In this document: in pieces, positions 31,961-41,629 of the stretch
Layout: the number at the start of each line of letters is the position of its first letter
How positions within the stretch are numbered: the first letter of the stretch is position 1
DNA from: Hydrogenovibrio sp. UBA654
GTDB lineage: Bacteria; Pseudomonadota; Gammaproteobacteria; Thiomicrospirales; Thiomicrospiraceae
DNA: 47,136 nucleotides
Assembly (NCBI GenBank): GCA_002299585.1
Contig: DBOE01000088.1
Coordinates: 1-47,136, forward strand
Direction of reading: 5' to 3'
Notes under the pieces: generated by a model
The model's input: the letters and a program-made list of their open reading frames with translations, nothing else
What the model was told of the DNA's origin: nothing
The model's database searches: none
Program-made: the position numbers and the translations under genes

Positions 31961-32188
31961 TCATTCTAACTCTGGGATTGTGGTTTTAATTGATAAAGCA
32001 TGCAAAGAACCATTTTTAAATTCTTCTTTAAACAAATCATTCACCATTCTATGGCTCTGCAAAGGAGATTTTCCCATAAATGACTTACTAACCACTTGAA
32101 TAGAAAAGTTACAGTCTGCACCACTGATGATAACTTGAGCATCTTCAATACTAACTTTAACTCTTTCAATAATTAATTCTGGGGACAT
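31961..32188 (-). CDS. ibaG: BolA-family protein (IbaG)
   Basis: VVSKSF.G...HRMV, LHALSIKT; lies upstream of murA. Confidence 0.85.
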   Translation of the reverse strand: MSPELIIERVKVSIEDAQVIISGADCNFSIQVVSKSFMGKSPLQSHRMVNDLFKEEFKNGSLHALSIKTTIPELE

Positions 32189-32212
32189 AAAATACCTAGT
32201 TACATAAAAAAT

Positions 32213-32980
32213 CTAATTGCGTATTTTAACTCCTTTATATAACAAAATCAGATTTATCATGGTTATTCCTAAAAAGAAAATAATTGTTACCAATAAACTA
32301 AATACTATAGAAATATCGCCTTGATTAAAAAAACCATATCTAAAACCATCAACCATATAAAAAAAAGGATTAAAGTGAGATATAAATTGCCATGTTTCTG
32401 GTAAAGATTTTATTGAATAAAAAACTCCACTTAAAAAAGTTAAAGGTACAATTAAAAAATTTTGAAAGGCCGATAATTGGTCATATTTATCCGATATTAT
32501 TCCTGCGGCAACCCCAATACTACCCATTAAAGCAGAAGCTAAAATAGCAAACACAATTACCACTAGAGGGTTGATAATTTGCACATCAAAAGCTAGCCAT
32601 CCAATTACTAAAACCCCTAACCCAACTGCCACCCCTCTGACTACTGAAGCCGCTACAAAGGCTAAATAAAACTCCAATGGTGAAATAGGGCTTAACAACA
32701 CAAAATTTATATTGCCATAAACTTTAGCCTGAATTAAGCTTGATGAACTATTAGCAAATGCATTTTGCAAAATAGTCATCATGACTAAGCCAGGTATTAA
32801 AAATTGGCTATAGTTTACCCCTTCAAAAGCAGTTATCTCTGAACTTACCACTTGACCAAAAATAAGCAAAAATAATAAAGAGGAAATAACTGGGGCAAAA
32901 ATTGTTTGTACCGCAACAGAATAAAACCTTCTTACCTCTTTAATAAATAAAGCCCAACAACCAATATAGTTAAAGCTCAT
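32213..32980 (-). CDS. ABC-2 type transporter permease (YadH-like)
   Basis: KEVRRF, QT..APVI, PLTFLSGVFYS, NPFFYMVDGFRYG. Confidence 0.9.
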   Translation of the reverse strand: MSFNYIGCWALFIKEVRRFYSVAVQTIFAPVISSLLFLLIFGQVVSSEITAFEGVNYSQFLIPGLVMMTILQNAFANSSSSLIQAKVYGNINFVLLSPISPLEFYLAFVAASVVRGVAVGLGVLVIGWLAFDVQIINPLVVIVFAILASALMGSIGVAAGIISDKYDQLSAFQNFLIVPLTFLSGVFYSIKSLPETWQFISHFNPFFYMVDGFRYGFFNQGDISIVFSLLVTIIFFLGITMINLILLYKGVKIRN

Positions 32981-33912
32981 TTTTTAGCTCCAGTTAAATC
33001 CAGAAAGGCTTCTTCCAGAGTAGCATCTCTAGTACTAATATCTTTTATTTTAAATTTACATATTGATAACCATTGGCTAAACTTATTTAACGATAACTCT
33101 TTTTCAATTTTAAAAACTATTTCTGTTGCTGAATGGCTATCGACTCTTTCTTTTAGATTTTTATCTAATTGATTATAGTCATTATTTTGTTCATTTGCGA
33201 CTAGAGAAACCCTTACATATCTAAAAGCATGCTTAGAAACTAGATCCGTTACCCTTTCTAGAGCCTTTAACTCACCATTTTGTAAGATAGCAACTTTTTC
33301 ACACAGAGCTTCTGCTTCTTCTAAATAATGAGTAGTCAAAATAATAGTGTGCCCTTGTTGATGAAGTTCTTTAGTAAATTCCCATAGAGTTTTTCGTAAA
33401 TCTACATCAACACCTGCTGTTGGTTCATCAAGTACAATTACTTCTGGTTTATGCACTAACGCCATTGCAATTAACACCCGTCTTTTCATACCTCCAGACA
33501 ATTCATTAGTAATTGCATTTCTCTTATCTGCAAGGGATAATCTTTCTAATAACTCATCTGTCCAATTTTGTTGTTGCTTGCCTTTTAAACCAAAATATCC
33601 TGACTGAATTCGTAGTAATTCTTTAATGCTAAAAAAAGGATCTGATATTAATTCTTGTGGCACTAATCCCAGAGACTTTCTAGCTTGACGATAGTCTCTA
33701 ATAGTATGAGAACCATTAACAAATATTTCTCCTGATGTTGGAGTAACCAGGCCAGACATTGCATTAATAAGTGTTGATTTACCAGCCCCATTGGGGCCTA
33801 ACAGACCAAAAAAAGACCCTTTTTCTACATTAAAAGAAATTTCTTTTAATGCTTCAATATTATGATAGTTTTTGGAAACTTTTTGAAAAGAAACTGCATT
33901 ATTATCAGCCAT
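32977..33912 (-). CDS. ABC transporter ATP-binding protein (YadG-like)
   Basis: GPNGAGKST, LSGGMKRR, LDEPTAGVD, TTHYLEEAE. Confidence 0.92.
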   Translation of the reverse strand: MADNNAVSFQKVSKNYHNIEALKEISFNVEKGSFFGLLGPNGAGKSTLINAMSGLVTPTSGEIFVNGSHTIRDYRQARKSLGLVPQELISDPFFSIKELLRIQSGYFGLKGKQQQNWTDELLERLSLADKRNAITNELSGGMKRRVLIAMALVHKPEVIVLDEPTAGVDVDLRKTLWEFTKELHQQGHTIILTTHYLEEAEALCEKVAILQNGELKALERVTDLVSKHAFRYVRVSLVANEQNNDYNQLDKNLKERVDSHSATEIVFKIEKELSLNKFSQWLSICKFKIKDISTRDATLEEAFLDLTGAKK

Positions 33913-34192
33913 TTTTATAGTTTAAAACATCATTAAGGTTATATAAATCAAGTAATAACAAGAGATATTTAGGTATATTTGCATGCTCAACTTCACTATG
34001 GATATTTTGTAAATATAAAAGAAAAGCTAAACAACTACTATCTGCTTGGCTAATATTAGTACAATCAACACGAGTGATTTCCTTAATAAAAATAGCTTTA
34101 TTATTTTTAATTATATCTCCCAAAGAATCTACATTTATCCTACCTGTTATACTCAAAACAGATTCTTTTATGGAGCAAGAGAATTCTTTCAC
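33905..34192 (-). CDS. mlaB: STAS-domain protein MlaB
   Basis: VDC..ISQADSS.LA.LL, LLDLYNL; follows mlaC. Confidence 0.8.
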   Translation of the reverse strand: MKEFSCSIKESVLSITGRINVDSLGDIIKNNKAIFIKEITRVDCTNISQADSSCLAFLLYLQNIHSEVEHANIPKYLLLLLDLYNLNDVLNYKNG

Positions 34193-34812
34193 ATTTTTTT
34201 CTCGCCATTATTTTGGCTTTTAATATTTTTAATAACTTGGGTTAGTCCTTTTTTAGCTATTTCAGAAGAAAATGTTTTTCTATAATTAACTAACATACTT
34301 ATACCTTCTATTGAAAAATCATAAACCATCCATTTATTAGTTTTTTTGTCCTGATAAGCTCGATAAACTACTGCCGTTTTTTCACCATTTTTTTGGGTTA
34401 CTTCGGTAGCAATTGACTTTCTATTTTTTCTTTTACCCGTTGCTTTAATAACATCTATAGTTTTAATATTTAGCTTAACTAAGCTACTAGAATAAGTGCG
34501 AAGCAACATTTGAGCAAATGCTGTTGCAAATTCTTGCTGTTGGTTTTTTGAGATTTTTTTCCATTGCCTACCTACCACATATCTTGCCATTTTGTAAGTA
34601 TCAACATATGGCAAAATATAACCTTTGGCAAATTCCAGAAGTTTATCAGGGTTTTCAATAAACTTTTGCTGATTAACCGAAAGCTGTTCAACAACTCCAG
34701 TAGATAAACCCTTAATCATTTGTACTGGATTTTCTTGATTAATTTGTGCGTTAACTATGTTAATTGATAACACAAACCAAAGTAAAACAACTTTTAAAAA
34801 AAACATTTTCAT
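34189..34812 (-). CDS. mlaC: Periplasmic phospholipid shuttle MlaC
   Basis: Signal peptide, MARYVVG..W, WMVYDFSIEGISM..NYR..F. Confidence 0.92.
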   Translation of the reverse strand: MKMFFLKVVLLWFVLSINIVNAQINQENPVQMIKGLSTGVVEQLSVNQQKFIENPDKLLEFAKGYILPYVDTYKMARYVVGRQWKKISKNQQQEFATAFAQMLLRTYSSSLVKLNIKTIDVIKATGKRKNRKSIATEVTQKNGEKTAVVYRAYQDKKTNKWMVYDFSIEGISMLVNYRKTFSSEIAKKGLTQVIKNIKSQNNGEKKM

Positions 34813-34818
34813 TTTTTA

Positions 34819-35277
34819 TTATTCTCCGCTAAGATTTGTTAAAAACTTGCCTATAAGCTCTTCTAGCACTAATGCTGGCTGTACTATATCAAGATAATCT
34901 CCATCTTGCAGGTATTCTTCATCAGCCCCTGGGTCAATTCCTATATATTGATCGCCTAACATTCCAGAGGTCAAAATAGAAGCTGAAGTATCTAATGATA
35001 AATGATTTAAATCACTATTAATTGCCATGACAACTATTGCTTGATAAGTTTCTTTATCAACCTCAATATCAATAACTTTACCAACAATAACCCCACTAAT
35101 TTTTACTGGAGCTCTAACTTTTAGACCCCCTATATTACTAAAGGCAGCTTTTATTTGATAAGTTTCTTTTTGTACTCCTTGAAAGTTACTTACTTTAAAG
35201 GCCACCATTAGCAAAGCTACAAAGGCTAATACAGTAAATAATCCAACCCAAACTTCAACTATCATTTTACGAGACAT
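34819..35277 (-). CDS. mlaD: MCE protein MlaD
   Basis: EVWVGLF, FSNIGGLKVRAPVKISGV, TSGMLGDQY. Confidence 0.95.
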   Translation of the reverse strand: MSRKMIVEVWVGLFTVLAFVALLMVAFKVSNFQGVQKETYQIKAAFSNIGGLKVRAPVKISGVIVGKVIDIEVDKETYQAIVVMAINSDLNHLSLDTSASILTSGMLGDQYIGIDPGADEEYLQDGDYLDIVQPALVLEELIGKFLTNLSGE

Positions 35278-35298
35278 ATAAATAAACCTAACTTAAAT

Positions 35299-36081
35299 CT
35301 AAAACATTAATACAGTTAATAAAAAATCTAACCCCAAAATCCCTAGTGATGAATGGACAACCGTTTTAGTAGTTGCTCTGCTAACCCCTTCTGAAGTTGG
35401 TATAGCATTTACCCCTTGAAACAAGGAAACTAAAGCAACTAAAACCGCAAAAAATATTGATTTGATAATGCCGTTTATAACATCATTATTCCAGTCAACA
35501 TGAGTTTGCATTTGTGTCCAGAAAAAACCGTCATAAACACCCAACCAACCAACACTAATCAAATAAGAACCTATTATACCAACCGCAACAAATATCATCG
35601 ACAACATTGGCAAAACAATTATAGATGCGGCTAATCTTGGAGCATACACAAATTTATTTGGGTCAACGGCCATCATTTCTAAGGCAGAAATCTGTTCTGT
35701 TGAACGCATTAAACCAATTTCGGCAGTTAGTGCTGAACCAGCTCTACCTGCAAATAGCAAACCAGTAACTACAGGACCTAGCTCTCTTATTAATGATAAA
35801 GCCGTCATAGAACCTACGGCTTCTTCTGAGTTAAAATCAACTAAAACAAGATAGCCTTGTAGGCTTAACACCATGCCTACAAAAAACCCCGCAGTTAAAA
35901 TAATTGGTAAAGACAATACCCCTAAAAAATAAATTTGCTTTAATAATAGGTTAAATCTTTTAATTGCATACGGCATAACTATAATAATAGAAGTCATAAA
36001 AAATAATGCCTTGCCTATAGATTGTAACAAACCTATAACTAAACTACCAATATTAGCTAAAAAGTTAACTGGCATTTGCAT
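35299..36081 (-). CDS. mlaE: Lipid asymmetry ABC permease MlaE
   Basis: RELGPVVTGLLFAGRAGSALTAEIGLM, GVSRATTKTVV. Confidence 0.96.
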   Translation of the reverse strand: MQMPVNFLANIGSLVIGLLQSIGKALFFMTSIIIVMPYAIKRFNLLLKQIYFLGVLSLPIILTAGFFVGMVLSLQGYLVLVDFNSEEAVGSMTALSLIRELGPVVTGLLFAGRAGSALTAEIGLMRSTEQISALEMMAVDPNKFVYAPRLAASIIVLPMLSMIFVAVGIIGSYLISVGWLGVYDGFFWTQMQTHVDWNNDVINGIIKSIFFAVLVALVSLFQGVNAIPTSEGVSRATTKTVVHSSLGILGLDFLLTVLMF

Positions 36082-36889
36082 TATCTTTTAAATCTTCAAC
36101 ATAATTTTTAGCAGGAAAATGAAAGGATACCGGTCCGTCTGCATAACCCTTAATAAACTGATTTACATAATCACTATTAGAGTTTAAAAGATCTTCAGGG
36201 GTGCCAGAAGCCACAATCTTACCTTCTGATAAAATACATACATACTCTGCAATAGATAAAACTTCATCAACATCGTGAGAAACTACCACACTAGTCAGCT
36301 TTAAACTTTGATTTAATTTTTGAATTAATTCTACCAGCACCCCCATAGATATAGGGTCTTGTCCAGCAAAAGGCTCATCATAAAAAACTATTTCTGGGTC
36401 TAAAACTATTGCCCTAGCCAAGGCAACCCTTCTAGCCATTCCACCAGATAATTCAGCAGGCATTAATTTTTGAGCCCCTCGTAGACCAACTGCCTGTAAC
36501 TTCATCTTAATTAAAGGCGATAAAATTTCATTAGGTAAATTAGTATGTTCACGCAGAGGAAAAGCAACATTTTCAAAAACATTAAGGTCTGTTAACAAGG
36601 CTCCACTTTGAAACAGCATACCCATAACTCGACGTAATTCATATAATTTTTGCCGTTTTAGCTTATGAACATCTAAGCCTTTTACTAAAACCTGCCCTCT
36701 ATCAGGCTTTAACTGCCCAGCTATTAGCTTTAAAATAGTTGTTTTTCCTGTACCACTTGGCCCCATAATCGCGGTAATTTTTCCACAAGGAATACTAAAG
36801 CTAAGATTATTAAATATTTTTCGACTACCCCTCGAAAAAGTTAAGTTTTTTACTTCAATGATAGGATTGCTGATAGATTTATTTTGCAT
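36065..36889 (-). CDS. mlaF: Lipid asymmetry ABC ATPase MlaF
   Basis: GPSGTGKTT, LSGGMARRVALARA, YDEPFAGQDP. Confidence 0.96.
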   Translation of the reverse strand: MQNKSISNPIIEVKNLTFSRGSRKIFNNLSFSIPCGKITAIMGPSGTGKTTILKLIAGQLKPDRGQVLVKGLDVHKLKRQKLYELRRVMGMLFQSGALLTDLNVFENVAFPLREHTNLPNEILSPLIKMKLQAVGLRGAQKLMPAELSGGMARRVALARAIVLDPEIVFYDEPFAGQDPISMGVLVELIQKLNQSLKLTSVVVSHDVDEVLSIAEYVCILSEGKIVASGTPEDLLNSNSDYVNQFIKGYADGPVSFHFPAKNYVEDLKDNANAS

Positions 36890-36897
36890 AAAAATAA

Positions 36898-37524
36898 TTA
36901 TAACCCCAAAAGCTCAACCAATACTTTAAATTCTATGACTTTATTAACTAAAATATCTTTTTTATTTTTTTCAGTACTCGCTATATAAATTAAACCTCCT
37001 ATTTCTATATTAAGCAAAGATTTTTCAAAATCAATTAAAATATCTTTTTGTTTAACTATTTTTAGCTCAAACAAATTTAATACAAGCAGAGGAAAACCAC
37101 AATAATAATCTTGGTCATTTTGAAAACTCCAAATACCAAATTTAATGTAATTTGCCGACTTTATAGTTATCTCAACCGACAATTCTTGCTGATAAAAGCT
37201 TAAATCATCCATTGAAAATAATAATACACCATGCAGTAAATAACCAAACAGGTGCTGAATTTCTTTTAACTTATCCTTTTCGCTATTTTGAAGACTTTCA
37301 ACCTGCAAAGTAATAAAGAAATTCTCTTCTGCTAAGCTTTCGGCTATTGATTCAATTTCTGTTACGCTCCAATGTTGCCATTGTTGTTGTGAGACTAAAA
37401 CACAATAAAATTGGTTACTGTAATAATCTAATTCCCAATCTTTAGGCAATCCACAGGGATAAAAATCATTCTGCCAAAGCTTATGCTCCCAGCCTTTTGT
37501 TCCCACCAAAACATTTTCCATCAT
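36898..37524 (-). CDS. Hypothetical protein with a DUF72-like N-terminus
   Basis: VGTKGW.H..W...FYP..LP..W.L.YYS..F resembles the DUF72 start; the remainder was not recognised. Confidence 0.55.
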   Translation of the reverse strand: MMENVLVGTKGWEHKLWQNDFYPCGLPKDWELDYYSNQFYCVLVSQQQWQHWSVTEIESIAESLAEENFFITLQVESLQNSEKDKLKEIQHLFGYLLHGVLLFSMDDLSFYQQELSVEITIKSANYIKFGIWSFQNDQDYYCGFPLLVLNLFELKIVKQKDILIDFEKSLLNIEIGGLIYIASTEKNKKDILVNKVIEFKVLVELLGL

Positions 37525-37589
37525 TTTCCTCTAAGTTTACATAAAAACTCATTATAATAGCCATTTTAAAATTCAAGTTATATAATTAT

Positions 37590-38594
37590 ATGGCAAGCCT
37601 ATTAATTCCTTCTATACTGTTTATAATTGGCTTAGTGTTGCTAGTTTGGAGTTCTGATATATTTATAGATGGTGCTTCAAGTGTTGCTAAGCACATGTCA
37701 ATTTCACCATTAATAATCGGTGTTGTAGTTTTAGGGTTCGGAACTTCATCTCCAGAAATACTAGTATCAATACATGCATCATTAGATAATAGCCCTGCAT
37801 TAGCTATAGGTAATGTTATAGGCTCAAATATTGCCAATATTGCCCTTGTACTAGGAGTTACTGCGATGGTCTCTCCAATAATAGTTAAATCATCTCTTTT
37901 AAAGCAAGAATTCCCTATTGTTATAGCCGTTTCTTTTTTGGGAATAATACTTATGCTCGATGGTGACCTAGATGAAACAGACGGTATAATCTTGTTAATC
38001 ACCCTAATTATAACCATGATTTGGATGATTAAAGCAAATAAACAAACAAATATCAATGATAAATCTTTAGATCCTGACCCTTTAAAAACAGAAATAATAC
38101 AAGAACTTAATCAGCTAAAAAAAATATCTCTTTCAAAATCCATTACAATGCTTATTAGTGGAATTATAGTTTTAATAATTAGTGCCAATCTAATGGTTAC
38201 AGGGGCTATTGATATTGCTAAATATTTTAATATTCCAGATCTAATTATCGGGCTTACTATTATCGCAATTGGTACAAGCCTACCTGAGCTCGCGGCGGCA
38301 ATAGCTGCTGCTAAAAAAAGCGAGAAAGAGCTAATGATAGGGAATATTTTAGGTTCAAATCTGTTTAATATACTTGCCGTTTTAGCTATGCCTGCTTTAA
38401 TATCTCCTTCCACCGTTGATAAAACGGCTTTACTAATTGACTACCCTATTATGTTAATGTTAACAGTTGTAATGATGGTAATTGCACTACCTAAAAATGG
38501 AAAATCGGTTATTCGACGCTGGGTAGGTTTTCTACTAACGTTAAGCTTTGTAGCATACTTAGTATTAATATACTTTAGAACTGTGGCAAATTAA
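37590..38594 (+). CDS. yrbG: Ca2+/Na+ antiporter (YrbG family)
   Basis: Duplicated GTSSPE/GTSLPE and GN..GSN alpha repeats; divergent from the mla operon. Confidence 0.92.
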   Translation: MASLLIPSILFIIGLVLLVWSSDIFIDGASSVAKHMSISPLIIGVVVLGFGTSSPEILVSIHASLDNSPALAIGNVIGSNIANIALVLGVTAMVSPIIVKSSLLKQEFPIVIAVSFLGIILMLDGDLDETDGIILLITLIITMIWMIKANKQTNINDKSLDPDPLKTEIIQELNQLKKISLSKSITMLISGIIVLIISANLMVTGAIDIAKYFNIPDLIIGLTIIAIGTSLPELAAAIAAAKKSEKELMIGNILGSNLFNILAVLAMPALISPSTVDKTALLIDYPIMLMLTVVMMVIALPKNGKSVIRRWVGFLLTLSFVAYLVLIYFRTVAN

Positions 38595-38596
38595 TA

Positions 38597-39133
38597 ATGA
38601 ATTACTCAAATGATATAATAGAAAAAGCTAAAAACATCAAACTTTTAATTTTAGATATTGATGGTGTATTATCAGATAATAAACTGTATTATGGAGACAA
38701 TGGTATAGAATATAAAAGCTTCTATACTCGTGATGGTCATGGCATGGTAATGCTACAAAAAAGTGGTATTGAAATAGCAATTATCACTGGCCGTGAGTCC
38801 CCTCTTATTAATACAAGAATGCAAGACTTAAAAATAAAACATGTTTACCAAGGTAAACCTGATAAATTACCTACTTTTTTAGCCTTGGTAAAAAAACTAG
38901 GTCTTAAATTTGAAGAGATTGCATATATTGGTGATGATATTTTAGACTTACCAATACTAACCAGAGTTGGACTTGCCGCTGCTCCTAAAGATGCCGACAT
39001 TGAAGTTATTAATAGAGTTAATCTAATTAGCGAACATTTTGGTGGGCAAGGCTGTGTAAGAGAGATTTGTGAGCTTATTCTTAAGTCTCAAAACCTATGG
39101 CAACAGCACATGAACTTTTATCTTCGTGAGTAA
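38597..39133 (+). CDS. kdsC: KDO 8-phosphate phosphatase
   Basis: LDIDGVLSD, RDG.G, IITGR, YIGDDILD, GG.GCVRE. Confidence 0.95.
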   Translation: MNYSNDIIEKAKNIKLLILDIDGVLSDNKLYYGDNGIEYKSFYTRDGHGMVMLQKSGIEIAIITGRESPLINTRMQDLKIKHVYQGKPDKLPTFLALVKKLGLKFEEIAYIGDDILDLPILTRVGLAAAPKDADIEVINRVNLISEHFGGQGCVREICELILKSQNLWQQHMNFYLRE

Positions 39134-39728
39134 ATCTAAATGGCTTTTTACCCTGCTATTTATAGCTTTTATAATAGTTTTTTTAGTTTTTCAAACTCAT
39201 CAAATAGTTATAACATCTCTACTCAAGACTAATAATAAAAATGAAAAAGCCACTAATACCCTTACTTCAAGCTGGTTATTTTTAAATGGTAAAACATATC
39301 AAATACCCAATAAAAAAAACCCTGAAATACAAAACTATATAACAACAACAAAAGCATCCTTTAAAAGTGCGTCTCAGACTAGTGAAATGGACGAATTTTT
39401 TACAATACAAACTAGAGCAAACCAAACTTTAATAATTACTAGTGTAAAAGGAAAAACCAAAAATAAAAAAATATTAGACTTATCAGGAAATGTTTTTATC
39501 GAATCCATCCCTAAAAATTCAGACTCAATCACTTTACTAAAGACAGAACAAATAACCTATAATAATTCGAATAAAACTATACTAAGCAATACATTTACAG
39601 AGCTATACCAACCAAATTTATTAATAATGGGTAACAGTTTTTTTGCAAACCTTGTAACTAGTAATTATGAGTTTAAAGGAAATGTTAAAACTACATTCTT
39701 ACCCTATTCAAATTCTACTACCAATTAA
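39126..39728 (+). CDS. lptC: LPS export protein LptC
   Basis: N-terminal TM helix, beta-jellyroll-like LSGNV/LKTE/GNVKT segments; lies between kdsC and lptA. Confidence 0.8.
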   Translation: MSKSKWLFTLLFIAFIIVFLVFQTHQIVITSLLKTNNKNEKATNTLTSSWLFLNGKTYQIPNKKNPEIQNYITTTKASFKSASQTSEMDEFFTIQTRANQTLIITSVKGKTKNKKILDLSGNVFIESIPKNSDSITLLKTEQITYNNSNKTILSNTFTELYQPNLLIMGNSFFANLVTSNYEFKGNVKTTFLPYSNSTTN

Positions 39729-39752
39729 GTTTTTACTAAGGAGAAATTAATT

Positions 39753-40244
39753 TTGCAAAAAAAAAATATTCTATTCATAAGCATTTTTTTATTTTCTACT
39801 ACTAGTTTTACAAAAGAAAAATCCATTCCTATTGAAATAGTTGCTGACAAACTAGTAGCCCAAGAAAAAAAAGGCGCTAGCGTCTATACTGGCAATATTA
39901 AAATCACCCAAGATAAATTAAAAATAAAAGGTGACAAAGCTAGCATAGAACATCCTAACAATAAAATTAAGCAAATAGTAATAATTGGCAAACCTGCAAC
40001 CTTTATTAATTTTATAGAAGAAGATAATACTTGGGTAAAGGGACACGCCAATAAAATAACCTACAATAGTGCAAAAAAAACTATTTTATTTGAAGAAAAT
40101 GCAACCATAGCACAAGGTGAAAGTAACTCTATATCTGGGTCAAAAATACTTTATGATTCTATAAAACAAACTCTGCAAGCCAGAGGAAATAAACAAAGGC
40201 AAGAACAAATAAAAGTTATTTTCTCAGGAGAGGAACAACCATAA
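39753..40244 (+). CDS. lptA: LPS transport protein LptA
   Basis: PIEIVAD, YTGNIKITQ, GKPATF; TTG start after AAGGAG. Confidence 0.9.
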   Translation: MQKKNILFISIFLFSTTSFTKEKSIPIEIVADKLVAQEKKGASVYTGNIKITQDKLKIKGDKASIEHPNNKIKQIVIIGKPATFINFIEEDNTWVKGHANKITYNSAKKTILFEENATIAQGESNSISGSKILYDSIKQTLQARGNKQRQEQIKVIFSGEEQP

Positions 40245-40966
40245 TGGCACATTTTTATGCCAAAAACCTAGCCAAAAGTTATAACAAAAGAGAGATAGTA
40301 ACAAATGTTAATCTATCCGTAAGAAGTGGTGAAGTAGTTGGATTATTAGGTCCAAATGGTGCAGGTAAAACTACCACTTTTTACATGATGACAGGTCTAG
40401 TTAAGAATGATCAAGGAGAAATTTACTTAGATGATACAGAAATAAGCAAATTATCCATTGACCAACGAGCAAAGCTAGGTATTGGCTATCTTCCACAAGA
40501 GGCATCAGTTTTTAGAAAGTTAAACGTAAAACAAAATATTATGGCAATTCTTGAAATGCGTAGCCAATTATCTAAGAAGAAACAACAAGAAATATACAAT
40601 AATCTAATTGATGACTTACAAATTGGTCACATAACAACCCAGCAAGGTCAAGCACTTTCAGGTGGCGAAAGAAGACGAGTAGAAATAGCTAGGGCTTTAG
40701 CTATGGAGCCGAGTTTTATTCTATTAGACGAACCATTTGCAGGAGTTGACCCTCTTTCTGTTAAAGATATACAAAACATCATAAAACACTTAAAAAACAA
40801 AGGTATCGGCATACTAATTACCGACCACAATGTTCGAGAAATACTCGATGTTTGTGATAGAGCTTACATACTAAGTGCAGGTACAATACTTGCCAAAGGA
40901 ACCCCAAAAGAAATCCTAAATAATGAGAATGTAAAAAGAGTCTACCTAGGAAAAAACTTTAAATAA
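40244..40966 (+). CDS. lptB: LPS export ABC ATPase LptB
   Basis: GPNGAGKTTTFYM, LSGGERRRVEIARAL, ITDHNVRE, VYLG. Confidence 0.97.
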   Translation: MAHFYAKNLAKSYNKREIVTNVNLSVRSGEVVGLLGPNGAGKTTTFYMMTGLVKNDQGEIYLDDTEISKLSIDQRAKLGIGYLPQEASVFRKLNVKQNIMAILEMRSQLSKKKQQEIYNNLIDDLQIGHITTQQGQALSGGERRRVEIARALAMEPSFILLDEPFAGVDPLSVKDIQNIIKHLKNKGIGILITDHNVREILDVCDRAYILSAGTILAKGTPKEILNNENVKRVYLGKNFK

Positions 40967-41031
40967 CTGTGCTATACTAAAATCGTAAGTTAATTAGTTA
41001 TTCAATATTATCCAACCCTAAGGAGCGATTT

Positions 41032-41367
41032 ATGCAAATAAACATTACTGGTCACCATGTAGAAATAACCGATGCTTTAAAAAACTATGTTACTGAAAAA
41101 ATGCAAAAACTAACTCGCCATTTTGATCATGTAACTATTGCCCACACTATATTATCCATAGATAAACAAGGACAAAAAGCGGAAGCAACCGTCCATGCAT
41201 CTGGCAAGGATCTATTTGCAGATAACATAACAGACAACATGTACTCATCAATTGATGGTTTAATAGATAAACTTGACCGTCAAATTATTAAACACAAAGA
41301 AAAAATTGGTAGTCATAATAAAAAGTCTGGCGGTATAAAAAACATGATTGTTGAAACCGAAGTATAA
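41032..41367 (+). CDS. hpf: Ribosome hibernation promoting factor (short HPF)
   Basis: MQINITGHHVEITDAL..YV..K, MYSSID.L.DKL.RQ..KHK. Confidence 0.95.
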   Translation: MQINITGHHVEITDALKNYVTEKMQKLTRHFDHVTIAHTILSIDKQGQKAEATVHASGKDLFADNITDNMYSSIDGLIDKLDRQIIKHKEKIGSHNKKSGGIKNMIVETEV

Positions 41368-41385
41368 GCTAAGTCTAACAAATTT

Positions 41386-41412
41386 AAAAAGGGCTTTTTT
41401 AGCCCTTTTTTT
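41386..41412 (+). terminator. Rho-independent terminator after hpf
   Basis: AAAAAGGGCT-TTTTT-AGCCCTTTTTTT. Confidence 0.8.
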
Positions 41413-41423
41413 ATAATTTTCAA

Positions 41424-41580
41424 GGATAAACTCAATAGTCACGATTAGAATTTTACTAAGAAAAAATATGCGTCATATTTCGTTAAATGCGTCGTAATAG
41501 CTAGCTATTGCGACGCATTTAACAGAAGTTGTCAATCATTTTAGCCAGTAAAAAATAATTGGCAGTTATTAAATTTCTTC
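41424..41580. mobile_element. MITE-like element (157 bp), diverged relative of 24992-25147
   Basis: Nearly the same length, with shared TTAGAATT..ACT.AGAAAAAA, CGTAATAGCTAGC.ATTGC and GCCAG...AAAATAAT blocks. Contains a 42-bp palindrome at 41482-41523. Flanks are TCAA and TTAA. Confidence 0.75.
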
Positions 41581-41629
41581 TTAAGACAGTATCTTAAATA
41601 ATATTCTATTTGTATTGCAGGAAAATAAA

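Noticed and set aside
41424-41629. M-box (ykoK) riboswitch upstream of mgtE
   Set aside because: No recognisable M-box consensus; the structure is better explained by the dispersed repeat family.
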